DNA of 58,291 bases, filler included, from Streblomastix strix (lineage: Eukaryota), in the NCBI GenBank assembly GCA_008636045.1. It is 3 parts of 3 records of this genome, joined end to end, with 100 filler letters (N's around TTAATTAATTAA, not from the genome) between each part and the next. Parts side by side here need not be neighbours in the genome. Positions count along the whole stretch, not along the records: positions 19,466 to 38,829 come from SNRW01000520.1; positions 38,930 to 58,291 come from SNRW01000521.1; 1 more part is not named here. One strand, given 5' to 3'. Numbering within the stretch: the stretch's first letter is position 1; the number at the start of each line of letters is the position of its first letter. The notes under the pieces are model-generated. The model searched no databases, had not been told where the DNA came from, and was given only the letters and a program-made list of their open reading frames with translations. The position numbers and the translations under genes are program-made. This document shows, piece after piece, positions 36,418 to 48,979 of the stretch.

Positions 36418-38829
36418 ATGGCAAAGGTAGATCTTACCCCTAGAGTTGGCGATATAGTTAATGATAGCTATGAGCTGGTTCGAAAGATAAACCGTGGAAA
36501 GAAAAGGATCATTTTCTATGCAATTGACAAGTAAATGTACGAAGTAGCGTTGAAGCTTGAGAAAGAGGTAGATGGGCAAACTGCAATATGTATAGAATCA
36601 GCGATTATTAAAACATTGAGTAGTTTGCTTATAAATATTGTTTAGTTATTATTTACTTAATATTTTATATTATTTCTTTATAAATCAGCTGAACAAATCC
36701 ATATTCCAAAATTCTATAAGTACGGGTCTTATAAAAACTACAAATTTCTGGCATAAGAGTTATTGGGTCCAAATATGATGTATAATATTGACTATTATTA
36801 TTAATATCTTTCCAATATTTATTTATTTAATATTTAAATTTTAGAGCTCTAGTTAACTACAAGAAACCATATAAGTTCAGTCTTCATACAGTACTGAAGT
36901 TTGGTATATAAGCAATTGAGACAATACAAATTGTGCATAATAAAGGATTTGTTCATAGAAATATTAAACCTGTATGATTTCTTCTTTATTATTTATTTTA
37001 TATATGGATTTCATTTTACTATTTATTTTATGAATGAATTTCATTTTACTATTTATCCTATGAATGGATTTTATTTTAATATTTATTTTATATATATTTA
37101 TTTTATTTGACTTATTAATTTTATATGAAATAAAGGGAAACTTTTTGATAGGAAACTCTCTCAGAACATCTGGAACTTTTTATCTCACAAACTTTGGATT
37201 GTGCAAAATACTCAATAAAATAGATAACGTAGTTGTAAAGGTATAACAATTTAATTATTTTATTCAATTTTTATTATATATTATCATATTATTGTTTTTA
37301 TTCAATAATAGCCAACTTTTTAGGGTAGATTTAGAGGGTCAATGACTTATGCTTCATTAAATGCGCATAATTTAGTTGAGCTCGGAAGGCAGGATGATCT
37401 TATTTCGCTCTTATACATTCTTGTTGAGTTCTATAATGGAATGCTACCTTGGTCTGATGTTGATAATTAAGTGTGCTATTAATATATATTTAATATATAT
37501 TTATATTATTTATATTTTTGTCATAATAATAATAATCATTATTCATATTTATTATTATAATTCATATTTATTGTTTATATTTAAATTAATCAGAAAACTT
37601 AAACTCTGAAAGAATAGTTTCACGATCACAAATTACTTGAACAGCTACCCAAACAATTCCTTGAATTTGAATCATACATCTTATCACTTGATTATACAAC
37701 AGATCCAGATTATGCATATTTAATATCCTTACTTAATTAAGCAGCTGTTGAAAATAATATTGATCTTAATGCTCCATTTGAATGGGAAGAAGAAATAAAT
37801 AATGAAAGAAGTACCTTAACATAAAGAGAAGTTGCTCATATAGTGCAAATAAACAAAACTGTTCAAGAATTGGAATAAAAGAAAAAATAAATTGATTAAG
37901 TAAACAGTGAAAATAAAATCGAATAAATTGAATAAATAGAAAAAGAAATTAATTAACAGAAACAATTTGTCCTCAATCCTCAACAACTGAGATATAAGCT
38001 AATTTCACTGAATATAATTCACAGACTTCAAAAGAAATACATAAAGCTATATAACTTAAAAGGTGCAAAAAATTCACTTCAGTAACAAAGTTAAAAGGAT
38101 AATATACTGCTTGTTCCAACCACGTCACATATTCATGCAGTCAAATCAATTCACTACAGCAACAATTTGGCTGAAAGTAACTCAAAGTTGTCCATCACTT
38201 CACCGATACATTCACCAGTTAGAAGATCATCACTGAATAACAACTAAAATAATGATACTTCGCTTCTTGGCTAATATCGAAGGTCTTCAATTCTGTAAAA
38301 TTCACAGTCGCTTGGAAAATCAAGTACAGTTCAGGAATTAATTGATGTACTGGATGCTCTTACTGGAGCGAAGGAGGATTTTGATGAGAATTAAAATGAA
38401 ATTGATAATATAAATGAAATTGACAATAAATACGAAGTTGACAATCAATAGTAAAGCTAATCTCCTGTTAGATAAGATAACTATGTAGAATAGTTTATCG
38501 ATGGAATGAAAAAGAAAGATGATAAATATAACTAATTTGATTGGGCATCATTTGTTGAATAAACGGGAGGAAGCCATTAAAACGAAGGATTTGATGGAAT
38601 TGATATCAGCGAATATGACGATCTACAAAGTGATGCAAACAATTCAAATTTGAACTCAACAAATTCACTTTAAACTCAAAAATCAAGCTCAAAGTCTCTT
38701 TCTAAGAAATAATCCGAATTCGAGAAGAGAAAAAAAAGAAGATTATTCGTCGTGAGCTAGAATTACTCCAACAAGAACAAGAGCAGCAATGAATAGAAGC
38801 CATTAAACAGCTTATTGATTGACTTAGAC
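36418..38829 (+). CDS. Host CK1/TTBK-like pseudokinase (spliced, 3' end truncated by the contig end)
   Basis: VALKLE, ELLGPN, GFVHRNIKP.NFLIG, YLTNFGLCK, FRGSMTYASLNAH..ELGRQDDLISLLY..LPWS, PFEWE. Confidence 0.85.
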
Positions 38830-38929
38830 NNNNNNNNNNNNNNNNNNNNNNNNNNNNNNNNNNNNNNNNNNNNTTAATTAATTAANNNNNNNNNNNNNNN
38901 NNNNNNNNNNNNNNNNNNNNNNNNNNNNN
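38830..38929. other. Artificial contig spacer
   Basis: N-run, TTAATTAATTAA, N-run; 100 nt in total. Confidence 0.98.
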
Positions 38930-39507
38930 TGTAGTCTAGGGGAAAAACAGACTAATAATTTGGACACAAGAAATAGTAAGCTAAAATGTTTGAATCTGAC
39001 TCTGATGAAAGGTAAAGTTATAATTCTGTTGGTGCTAATGAAGAAGTGTAACCTAAGCCAGTATAGTGAGTTAAAAGAAAAGTATAAAACAAACCGTAAA
39101 TCAAACACATTAATCAGCAACTTGATTTAGAAGAGCTAATATCTTTGTTAACTGAAAATAAATATATAAAATAACAACACGCTGATATGGTTTAATAAAA
39201 TGAAAAATATAAAAATAAATTGAAAGCGTTAAAATAACCTAAGCCTAAATAACAACCTAAATAAATAAAATAAGAGCAAGAAGAATATGAAGAAGAAGAG
39301 TAGTAAAAACCTTAATAATTATATAACTATTATGATGTATATTGATTATAATTAACCCACCCAAATTTGTGCGGGTATATTGACTTCGTTATTTTTGACC
39401 CTTGAATTTTCATGTTAAAAATAGAGTGCTGCGATCGTAGCGGGTATACGTGATAAAATAGCGAAAAATGACTATCAGACAAAACTGTCTAGATAAAAAT
39501 AACCACT

Positions 39508-39951
39508 TCAAATTTATTTAAATGTATAATAATTACAGAATAGTTTGTTATCATCCTCAGCAACAAATGTATTATAAATCTATTTTTCTTCATCCTATGC
39601 CTCAGTTAAAATATACTATTTCAGTTTGTTAATTTACTGAGCTTAAGCAATATTTAGCTATTTATACTGGTTATATTAATCAGTATGTGTATTATTATTT
39701 TAAGTATAAATTTTATTAAAGTATTGCTCTTACTCTGCTTACTTGTTAAAAAATTTCAATTTAAATTATTATATATCGAATTGTTATTTTAGCCTTTTTA
39801 GCTCTTACATTAACGGGTTAATTAATTACGGAGTTGCAGGTTATAATAACCTCTTCAGTTATTGTTATATTTATTATATCATATCTTCCTGTATATTGTT
39901 TTTAGATATTTGTTTAATTAATTACTTCAGTTATATTATTAGTGATTCCAT
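39508..39951 (-). CDS. Conserved viral hypothetical protein, 147 aa (mirror of 57270-57713)
   Basis: Open code-6 frame; homologous to 11222-11674. Confidence 0.55.
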
Positions 39952-39991
39952 TTAAATAGTAAAAAATTCTAACTAATTTTATTCGCTAATT

Positions 39992-40023
39992 CAAAAAGGT
40001 TAATTGAACCTCTGTTTTAAAAA
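39992..40023. promoter_or_regulatory. Repeated ~30-nt intergenic motif AAAAAGGYWAWTGMRCCTCTGTTTTAAAA, copy 1
   Basis: Further copies at 40373-40403, 43388-43419, 43842-43873 (inverted) and 48299-48329, plus mirrors in the right arm. The regulatory role is inferred. Confidence 0.5.
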
Positions 40024-40447
40024 TGCGTTCGGGTGAAATCTACTGAGTACGCTAATTCCCCAAGAAAATATTTACACACTAATTCGTATATTAACTGTAT
40101 CATATTTTTAGAATGATGTATATAATCTATTGGTTTTGGTTATATATGTGTCGGTTTTATAATAACGGCATCACTTCTAATTTATGTTGAAGACAGAAAT
40201 TTATTAAGTAAATTTGGCACGTAACCTGTTGCATATTTAACACCACTTAATATTGTAGAGCCAAAATTCTTCGTGCTAATCATTTATGAGCAAAAATAAT
40301 GTCTCAAATTTCATGTAATTAGTTGATGGATAGAAAAAGGAAACATTAATTTACACATTAAATCAGAAATATAAAAAAGGCAAATTGCACCTCTGTTTTA
40401 AAATTAGGCTAGCTCAAAATGAGCTGGTACCAATCATTTATTATATG

Positions 40448-40651
40448 TCATCGATTTAAAAACTTATTCTCCATACCTGCAGCACCTCAAACTCCTCTCG
40501 CAATCATACCTGCTATTGGATTTATTGCACCTATTGGACCTGAGACAGCTCCCATAACTTTATGAAGAACTGGTGCAACCCATTTTGCTGCAGATGAAGC
40601 ACCATGTAATAATTCTGAACCGAAGTTCTTTAATGAAGTCCAAAATCGCTT
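40448..40651 (-). pseudogene. pVI-like amphipathic peptide (mirror of 56570-56773)
   Basis: FWTSLKNFGSELLHGASSAAKWVAPVLHKV...; start codon reads AAG, one internal TGA. Confidence 0.65.
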
Positions 40652-40671
40652 TTATTAGTTTAAAAATAATT

Positions 40672-41256
40672 TCATAAAACGAACCATTCGTAATTTCCAT
40701 TCCTTAATTTATCTATATATATTCTAAATTATTTATATGTAATATCATAACCCCAAACATATTGATAAGCGTAAGTGTCATTTTTCACATTAACATGAAG
40801 CTTTCTAAATTTAAGCCCGTTATGAAAATATACATTATATTCTTAATCGAAACTATATCCTTCTAGATCATGCCCATTATATAATAAAAGAGGTTAACTA
40901 CCTTCAGGTAATTCTTCATAATATTCGTATTAAATTTATCCATGTTTAGTTCTGTTCTTTGAGTTCTCAATATTTGTGGACTATCTGAGGTTCTCTATTC
41001 TATTATCAGTTCTAATACGATTAATGTGATCAATATATGGAAAATTATTTAGGTTCGGAATAAATTAAATAGTAATCACACGATGATATTTATATTTTTT
41101 TCCATTCAGAAGAATATTACAATATCCAGTGGAATTATCAAATGATATTTTTGGAATAAATTAATCTGCAATTCTTTTTATCGTATGTGGTTCTTCTGCT
41201 AATATTTCATAGTTATTATTATTGGTCAATAATTACCATACATTTAACTCTACCAT
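40672..41256 (-). CDS. HNH homing endonuclease (mirror of 55965-56549)
   Basis: KYHRVI..QFIPN.NNFPYIDHINRIRTDNRIENLR. Confidence 0.85.
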
Positions 41257-41322
41257 TTATTCCCCAGATAAAAAAATAAAAAAATATAAAACTGATTTTT
41301 AAAAAGTTACTTCATTATTAAA

Positions 41323-43278
41323 ATGAGTTTTGGGGCACAAGATTATCTAGCAAGGCTATCGAAAGCATTACATTCGGATTATGTCTCTTCATATTCTGTT
41401 CTTAATAAAATAATGCGAACGTTAACTATCGAACCATAATCGTTCCATCTATCAAAATAACAATTCGAAGACTAGCCTATAAAAATATTGTTTTCTAGTG
41501 GTAAAAGATAAACTCGAGCTCCACTTGATGCTCGTGGATCAACCACCTGTTATTGTGTTTAAACATGTTAGGTTAACTGGACAATTACTATACCCGCTAA
41601 CACTTTGGGTATCCAGCTTAATTCTGTCAACACAACTAAAGGAGGAAATACTTATATTGAATTTGCTCGGTAATTAACTAATTTTATTGGGCTAAAGACA
41701 GCAGCTGCACCACTGCATGCAGAAAGAACTATTAAATAAGATGTATAAAAATATAGCACTGATGAAACACTTAAATTTTGGCTCGGTTTCGCAACAGCTT
41801 GTGGACCTTTCTAATAAGTTAATATATGCAAATAAAATACAAAATTATGAGAGACATCTATTTACGCTTGAGAACAAGCTATTAGTTGTTCTAATTCTTA
41901 ATCTGATCTCACTGTTAATAATTCCGTTACTGTCTCACTACTTGAAAGTGTAACTTAGGGAAAACGTCATTGTGGAATATTTACTGATATACCATATAGT
42001 AAACTTAATACCAGTACTAATGATTACTTTTATAAAATGCTTAACCCCATCACTTTTAGTGGAGTAATGGATTTAAATTAACAAAACCCAATATTTAACG
42101 AATTTCCTGTACTCACTAGAAATTATGCCAGTCTTTTTCTATAACTTTGGATGAATGGTTTCCAATAAGATTTAAAAATAGTATGGTTAAATAAAATAAA
42201 TCCAATATTTGACCAGCACCTTGCCTATACCATGATTCCTCCAGAGAAACCAGATTTAATTTCCCTATTAACAAATGATGAAGGTATTCCATATAAATAA
42301 TACTCTGTACGAATGATTAATTGCAGAGATTTGGCTGATGATTCCACTGACCCTAAAAATAGTATATAATAACTTGATAATGCTTACTTTGAATATTTAT
42401 CGATACATAACCTTTGCTTTACCATGGAAAATGTACAGGCAATTATCGATATGATTAAGGCATAGAAAGTAATACATTTCCCTACCTAAGTTATTAAATC
42501 ATAATCATCAAATTACACCATGAACAATTTTGAGCCATCCAGTGGGTAAACATAAAGTATAATGTCGTTTTCTAATATCAAAGCTATGTTCATGACGTTT
42601 GCGATGCCCTAGTACCCCACATGGTTCTTTCCTATGTTATTCTACAACATAGACTTAATAGTTGATTAACGACACGCTGTTCCTTTCCCTTACGAAGCAT
42701 ATACTCAAGCTACAAATGGCTCAATGTTTTAGTGTTTCGTTGATTAAGATATTATATCTGCATCAAGTGACCTATAGCATTCGCTCACTTTCGCGATTGT
42801 TAATATAAATGATAAGAAATATTGGTTTGACAAAAATGATGGAGATATAAATGTCATAGATGATGTATTCAATCGTACTACACTATTTGTTGGTTCTAAA
42901 GCGATCAAAACATACTATCCAAATAAATATATGTTGGCATAAAAATTAGATACTGATGATTCGTTTATGAGAGGATTTAATAGTACTAGAATTGGTGCGA
43001 GAACAGATATATAAACTATATTAAACATATAAATAATAACTGGTTTAGTTGATATCCATAAAATTAATGATGACACTATTCACCCTGAGAATTAAAACAC
43101 ATTAGCTGGGTATATGGGCACAAGAAGCTATCCCATGAGTTGGTAAGTAGGCTAAACTCTCATGTTTCATTATCTGTGTGATGCAGTCATTAGAATCATG
43201 TTTGATGATAACCCTGAACCATAAGTGCTCAATTTGGAGGTTATCGGTGAGATTGGTAGTAGTATGATTGCAGCGTGA
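41323..43278 (+). pseudogene. Probable major capsid protein, 652 codons, in-frame TGA at 41848
   Basis: Colinear homologue of 14509-16496. Confidence 0.6.
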
Positions 43279-43456
43279 TGATATTGCTGTAATTTTTCCA
43301 TCGCCAATTCTCAGGGTTAGTTACACCTATTTTTGATAAAAAAGTCTACCACGAAAATTATCGGGGTAGATAATTTATACACTAATTCAAAAAAGGCAAT
43401 CTACATCTCTCTTTTAAAATTACTGAATCAGTTTATTCTACCAAAAATAGTATCCA

Positions 43457-43765
43457 TCATTCTACATAATATTTGTGAAGAGGTGACTAATTAAATTTAG
43501 ATTCTTCTATTTAAAATATACATTCATTGAAACATTATTTGTTCTCTTAAATCATTCTCCTTAGTCTCTTATCATTGAACTCGTTACGTTATTTTTCACT
43601 TGTTTCTAGAATATTATCGTAGATATTTATGAACTCTTTATATTATTATGGCGTTAGTATTAGATATGATTTACCACAATAACGTATTGGATCTCCTTTA
43701 TCATAACTTAAATTTCCTATTACATTATAATTTAGCGAATATTCATTGTATGGACAATGTGACAT
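43457..43765 (-). CDS. Viral hypothetical protein, 102 aa (mirror of 53456-53764)
   Basis: Open code-6 frame MSHCPYNEYSLNY... Confidence 0.5.
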
Positions 43766-43998
43766 TTATATTACCGATAAAAAATAGAAAAAAATGTTAG
43801 AGGGAAAAATAACGCCCTTGACTTATTTCAAACAGAGAATTAAATAAACAGAGGTACTATCTGCCTTTTTTTGAAGAGCAAGCTGAAATTCAATTACATA
43901 TCTTACTCTCACTGGCATATTTTATAGCTATGTCGAATATCTTCTTAATCAACTCATTCTAATTAATTCCTAATTACTCAAGCTCGTAAATCATAGTT

Positions 43999-46900
43999 TC
44001 ATTCAATGGGATCATTTATAGTTGGTTAAAGATCTACATAATCACTCGCTGATAATTAATAAATAAATAGTGCTGAAAATTAATTATTAGGTAAAAAAAT
44101 ACCTTTAGTGTGTATGCCAGTGAGAGCATTTTTTGTTTAAGCTAATTTTGACATTACCCCATCTTTTTAACCGAGTGTCATACTCACACACTTCATTACA
44201 TTTCCACCGATACAATCAATTATATTCTACTTAGTAATAATATTCTACTTCTGATTAACCCCTATCAATTTAATGATTTCATCAGCAACAGTGTTAATAT
44301 AATAATTCTTAGGCGAGACAGCTATCATAATATCACCTTCTTTTTCGATCGATAGCTCTAATAATTTCTTCTGTTCTTTTAGATCTTAAGTAGTAGGAAA
44401 ATAATACTTAAAATTATCATCATAAAATTACTAATCAGTAATGATATAATTAAACTCTTGGTTAATTGGTTAATTAATATCCTCTGCTACTGCAAAGTAC
44501 ATCCAGTCCGTATAACCTTCAGTAAAATGAAATCTATTTTTATCAAGACACTTATACAAGAAGTTATATATAAAATTAAGATACCAATACTTAGCGTTAT
44601 CTAGCGTAAAATAAGTTTCTTATAGTGGAGTCATACACATACATTTCTCTGTGTTTACCTACACGGCATAAAGGTTATCGTTTAACTATCGTTCACTCAT
44701 AAAATTGCCGGTAAGATGAGATATAAAAGTATCAGCCTTTGTTTTCAGTTTTACATTACTAAATTTCTCGGTATTCATACCTTCAGATCCATAACTAGCG
44801 TTCATGACTATCTTACAGAATTACTATAACCCTTTGTTATCTTAATCAATAGCTTATACTCTCCTTTTCATAAAAGTGTTGACAAATCCGCTAAATCTAT
44901 CGTGTTTAGTAAAAAGAATGAACTAACTTATTTCATCTACAACAAAATGACACGTGTCAATTAAAAACCATAATAACTGGAGAATGACATGGATTGATCG
45001 TGTGTTGATAATAACTGAGTTAGCTTTCGTTCTTCTTTATCTACTTTTATACCATTATCCTTCATAAAATTATAGGTATATTTTCCTATTACTTGTTCGC
45101 AGGTTGTATACGTTAAATTTCTAAGAATCGGCGGGAAATTAATACAATAATTTATATCATCAATGTGCCCCTTAAATGCTGCGATGAATAATTATCCTGC
45201 TATTGTATATTTTATTGACGAATTAAAAATATTCATACACCTCTCTTTTTATATATCATTTTCAACGTTAATTACTTCTTTTACTGTATCAGCCAAATAC
45301 ATTTTCCCTCCTATATATGGAATTTAGCTATTATATTAGCTGCTCATTATATTCGGGTATAATGAATTAAAATCAAGCCCTATTATATTAGTGACCACAT
45401 TATCTGTCTCGATTACTTTCACTTTTCCATCATAAATCAATTTTTAAATTTTAGTTTAACCACGAATATTTACCTGATTCAATACATTTGATAGATCTCC
45501 AGTAATTCCCTATCTTAGCGTTTAATACACTTGCTAGTTGTTAATTGTTGTAGGTAAATTATACTTGCTACAGAATTTCTTTAATTGGATAAGTAATTTC
45601 ATCTCTTGCTCATTTCTATTTCTTTTCGTAGAGTTACAGTAGAAACAACACTGTCTAACATTATCCTTAGTATGAGGTAATGAATTATCAATACGCTCTA
45701 ATGTAGGTCTATTTTTAAACGTAAATTGTTCATGGCAAATAAAACAAGGCTTCTCATTAGCTATCGAAAATATTAATAATCATCAACACTTACATTATTA
45801 GCAACATCTCTTTTTGCCGTAAAATCTTGTTATTTATAGCCCAACACTTTAATGTTTCAGTATTATGGTGTAAGATAAAATGGTGGATTAAATGTTGGGT
45901 AGTTATAATTACCATCTATACTAAAATCATTATAAGCTATTGAATATTTTATAGCGTTAGCGCAACTAGCCATTGATATATGTTACAACATATCAAACTT
46001 ATATTCGAAGAATAGGTTAATAAAATTTAATAGCGGTGCGATCATAATTCTGGTATCTAGTATATTATAATGTCTTAGATAATCCCATCTTGATGAATAG
46101 TTTTATAATCATTAAGATATAATAAGTATTCTTCATCAGATATACTAGTATTTTTTAATGTGTTATTGAAATCTGATTGTTTAAAAGGCTCTTTTTTAGT
46201 TAATTACTCTTCATAATCATCTCCCATTAGATCGTATGGGAATAAGCCCTTTGATTATTATTAATCCGAAAAATTCTCTACGAATTAACCCAGCGTCATT
46301 GGAGGAGCAACATATATGAAAGCGTCTAGAAATTTGAGCGTTATACTCATATTATTATGAGCTACAATTAGCTACTTACAAACTTGAGGCGACCCTATAT
46401 ATTTAGTTATTTTCCATTAGCTCGATTACATATATGGAAACAATAACGTCAAATCAAATTTAGCAGAGTTATATCCCAGAACAGGAACTTCAATTGAATA
46501 AGGCATATTTTCATCGGTATAATTATTATCTTTTTTTATTTATACAGCTTCTGCAAATAGTTACTTTAACCATTCATTTACAATGTTTTGTTGTCTAATA
46601 TCATAATAAATAGATTTATTCCCTTTGGATGAATGGATGGTTGATGCTACACTTAATGGTATGAATTAGCTTATTATCTTAATTTCTTTCCCAAATTTTG
46701 TGTTAACATTGTGCTCATAAGTTTCAAAATCATAAGTAATAAAATATTACGTTGGTTTAAATTCGTTTTATCTGCTATTAGTAAGTAAATACCGATAAGT
46801 CTTATTTTACATAATGTTGGAAACAAATGGTCTTTGCTAATCATCAAGTACAATTTATTTAACTATTTTCCCCTTACATTTCTTAATATGTCTCTCCATT

Positions 46901-48241
46901 TCTTTAGCCGTAATAGTATCTTACTTAAAGCAATGATTCTTGCAAATAGGGCAGAACAATAATCCAGTCAAGCGTTATTTATCGGTTACTAGTAGTGTAT
47001 GAATATTTATACCATTAAGTTCCTCAAATTAGATAAGTAGCAAATTAAGCTCATCATCTCCTTCAGTAGGAAAAGATTAGGATAAGAAATAATGAAAAGA
47101 CTTATCATCCTATTCATATGAAAATAGATTATCTGATAATTTTAAATGATCATGAATTTTCTATATATCTGTTGCGTAATTGAATCCCTCGAATGTCTTG
47201 GGGTTGAAATCATGGTAAAATAAGTTGCGAATTTCTTTCCATTTTATGAAGAACTTGACTGTCACTATATCTTTTCTCCTTAGTATCTTTTAGCAAATGA
47301 CGTGCTATTGCTTCTAGTACGCAAGTGCTGGGATAGGGTGAATTGATATACCTGAGACATTAGCGTTTTTTTGATAAATGTATTTTTAAACTTGGAATAG
47401 GCATTCCACTGATTGGAAGGAGATATATCATTGCGCAGATAGAATATATTGCTATATATTTCTATTTTGTATCGATTAGGATCTTTTCCTAAACAGATAT
47501 TATAATTGATTAAATATAATCCTTGTGTAGCTCGATTTCTTACTGAGATTTTATTAATAATGGGGCTCTTCTTTCTGTCATTGATTCACGTGGGATAATA
47601 TAGCCATATGTTATTTTTATATCATTATTCTTATCTCTATCTGTTCGCTCGTATATAAAGCCAAAATCTATTGCTAATTTATAGATGCTATGACTCATGT
47701 TAATGTGAATTTGATCAATGAAATTATAGATGTATAATACGCTTGTTATATTATTGTTATATTGAACTGTGGTTATTGGATTGCGTTATATATGATTTTG
47801 ATCTTAGAAATTAGATTTGGCGTCAAGGAGAATTCTAGTGAAAACATCTAGATCATGAGGTTATACTAATAATAATACTCCTTCGTTTAATATTTTTATA
47901 AGCTTACGCTCTTTAGTTGACTCTATTTGTTGTTTAATTTCATGTAGTTGCGGCAAAAATATATATTGAAATTGTTACTCTAATTATTATTGTATTTCAT
48001 TAAAGTTCTCTTGATGAATTGGGGGTTATCGTACATAGAATTAGTTATCTAATCTTGCGTCTAAATCAATCATAAATTATCGGAGAACATTATAGTAATT
48101 TCGTGATCCTTTTGCAGGAAAGTCATTTTTATCAAGTACAAGCTTTAACTGTTGTTTTAACTATTTACAGGTCTTTTTTTCTTATACTTGTGGTGATATA
48201 ATTCGCAATAAATTTAGCAGCTCCTTTTTAGTTAATAACAT
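43999..48241 (-). pseudogene. polB: Protein-primed PolB, disrupted (mirror of 48980-53222)
   Basis: Same motifs as the right-arm copy. Confidence 0.93.
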
Positions 48242-48476
48242 TTTATACGTAAGATAAAAAATGATAATTTCATGGAATAAGTCTGAGTGAAAAATATTAA
48301 AAAAGGTTAATTGCGCCTCTGTTTTAAAATTACATTTTCGATTTATTATACCCTAGTAGTTAGGGATTTAAGAAACCTGTACTAATGAGAGTTAAGAGAT
48401 ATGTTCAAATTAAGGCGACCGTATAGGTCCAACGGGTATAAATATTCAAAACACATGACTAATGATGGAAAATAGC

Positions 48477-48744
48477 GACAGTTATCTGTGTTGGTTCATT
48501 TCTTGATTAGCCCTGCTCGGTAATTCTGGTCGGTAATTCGGACAATTCATAGATATAAATATTCTGTTCTGTAATTCGGGTAAATATATTAATAAAGTAA
48601 TTGTTTTGGTAAATTTCACCAATTTCGTTCTGATAGATAGTGTACTATTAGTGAAAAAAGGTAAAATTAGTAGAAAAATATACTTATTATAGAGTCCATT
48701 AGAAACATAAATTGCGAAATAGGTGAAAAAAGATATTTTAAAGA
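48477..48744. other. 268-bp unique spacer at the palindrome centre
   Basis: Arm symmetry ends at AATAGC (48476) and resumes at GCTATT (48745). Contains short GTAATTCKG repeats. Confidence 0.9.
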
Positions 48745-48979
48745 GCTATTTTCCATCATTATTCATGTGTTTTGAATATTTATACCCGTAGGACCTATAC
48801 GGTCGCCTTAATTTGAACATATATCCTAACTCTCATTAGTACAGGTTTCTTAAATCGCTAACTACTAGGGTATAATAAATCGAAAATGTAATTTTAAAAC
48901 AGAGGCGCAATTAACCTTTTTTAATATTTTTCACTCAGACTTATTCCATGAAATTATCATTTTTTATCTTACGTATAAA

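Larger units (their letters stand above)
38930..48476 (-). mobile_element. Polinton-like virus element 2 (partial), left arm of the contig-wide inverted repeat
   Basis: Reverse complement of 48745-58291 (position x pairs with 97221-x). Carries PolB, the capsid candidate, HNH and pVI-like genes homologous to element 1. Confidence 0.9.

Noticed and set aside
36985..37095. Three ~27-nt direct repeats
   Set aside because: Low-complexity expansion within a kinase intron, with no sign of function.
19366..38929. Biological linkage between the viruses and the kinase region, or the TTAATTAATTAA motif as a site
   Set aside because: The identical 100-nt spacers and contig lengths of 19365, 19364 and 19362 indicate length-sorted concatenation of unrelated contigs.
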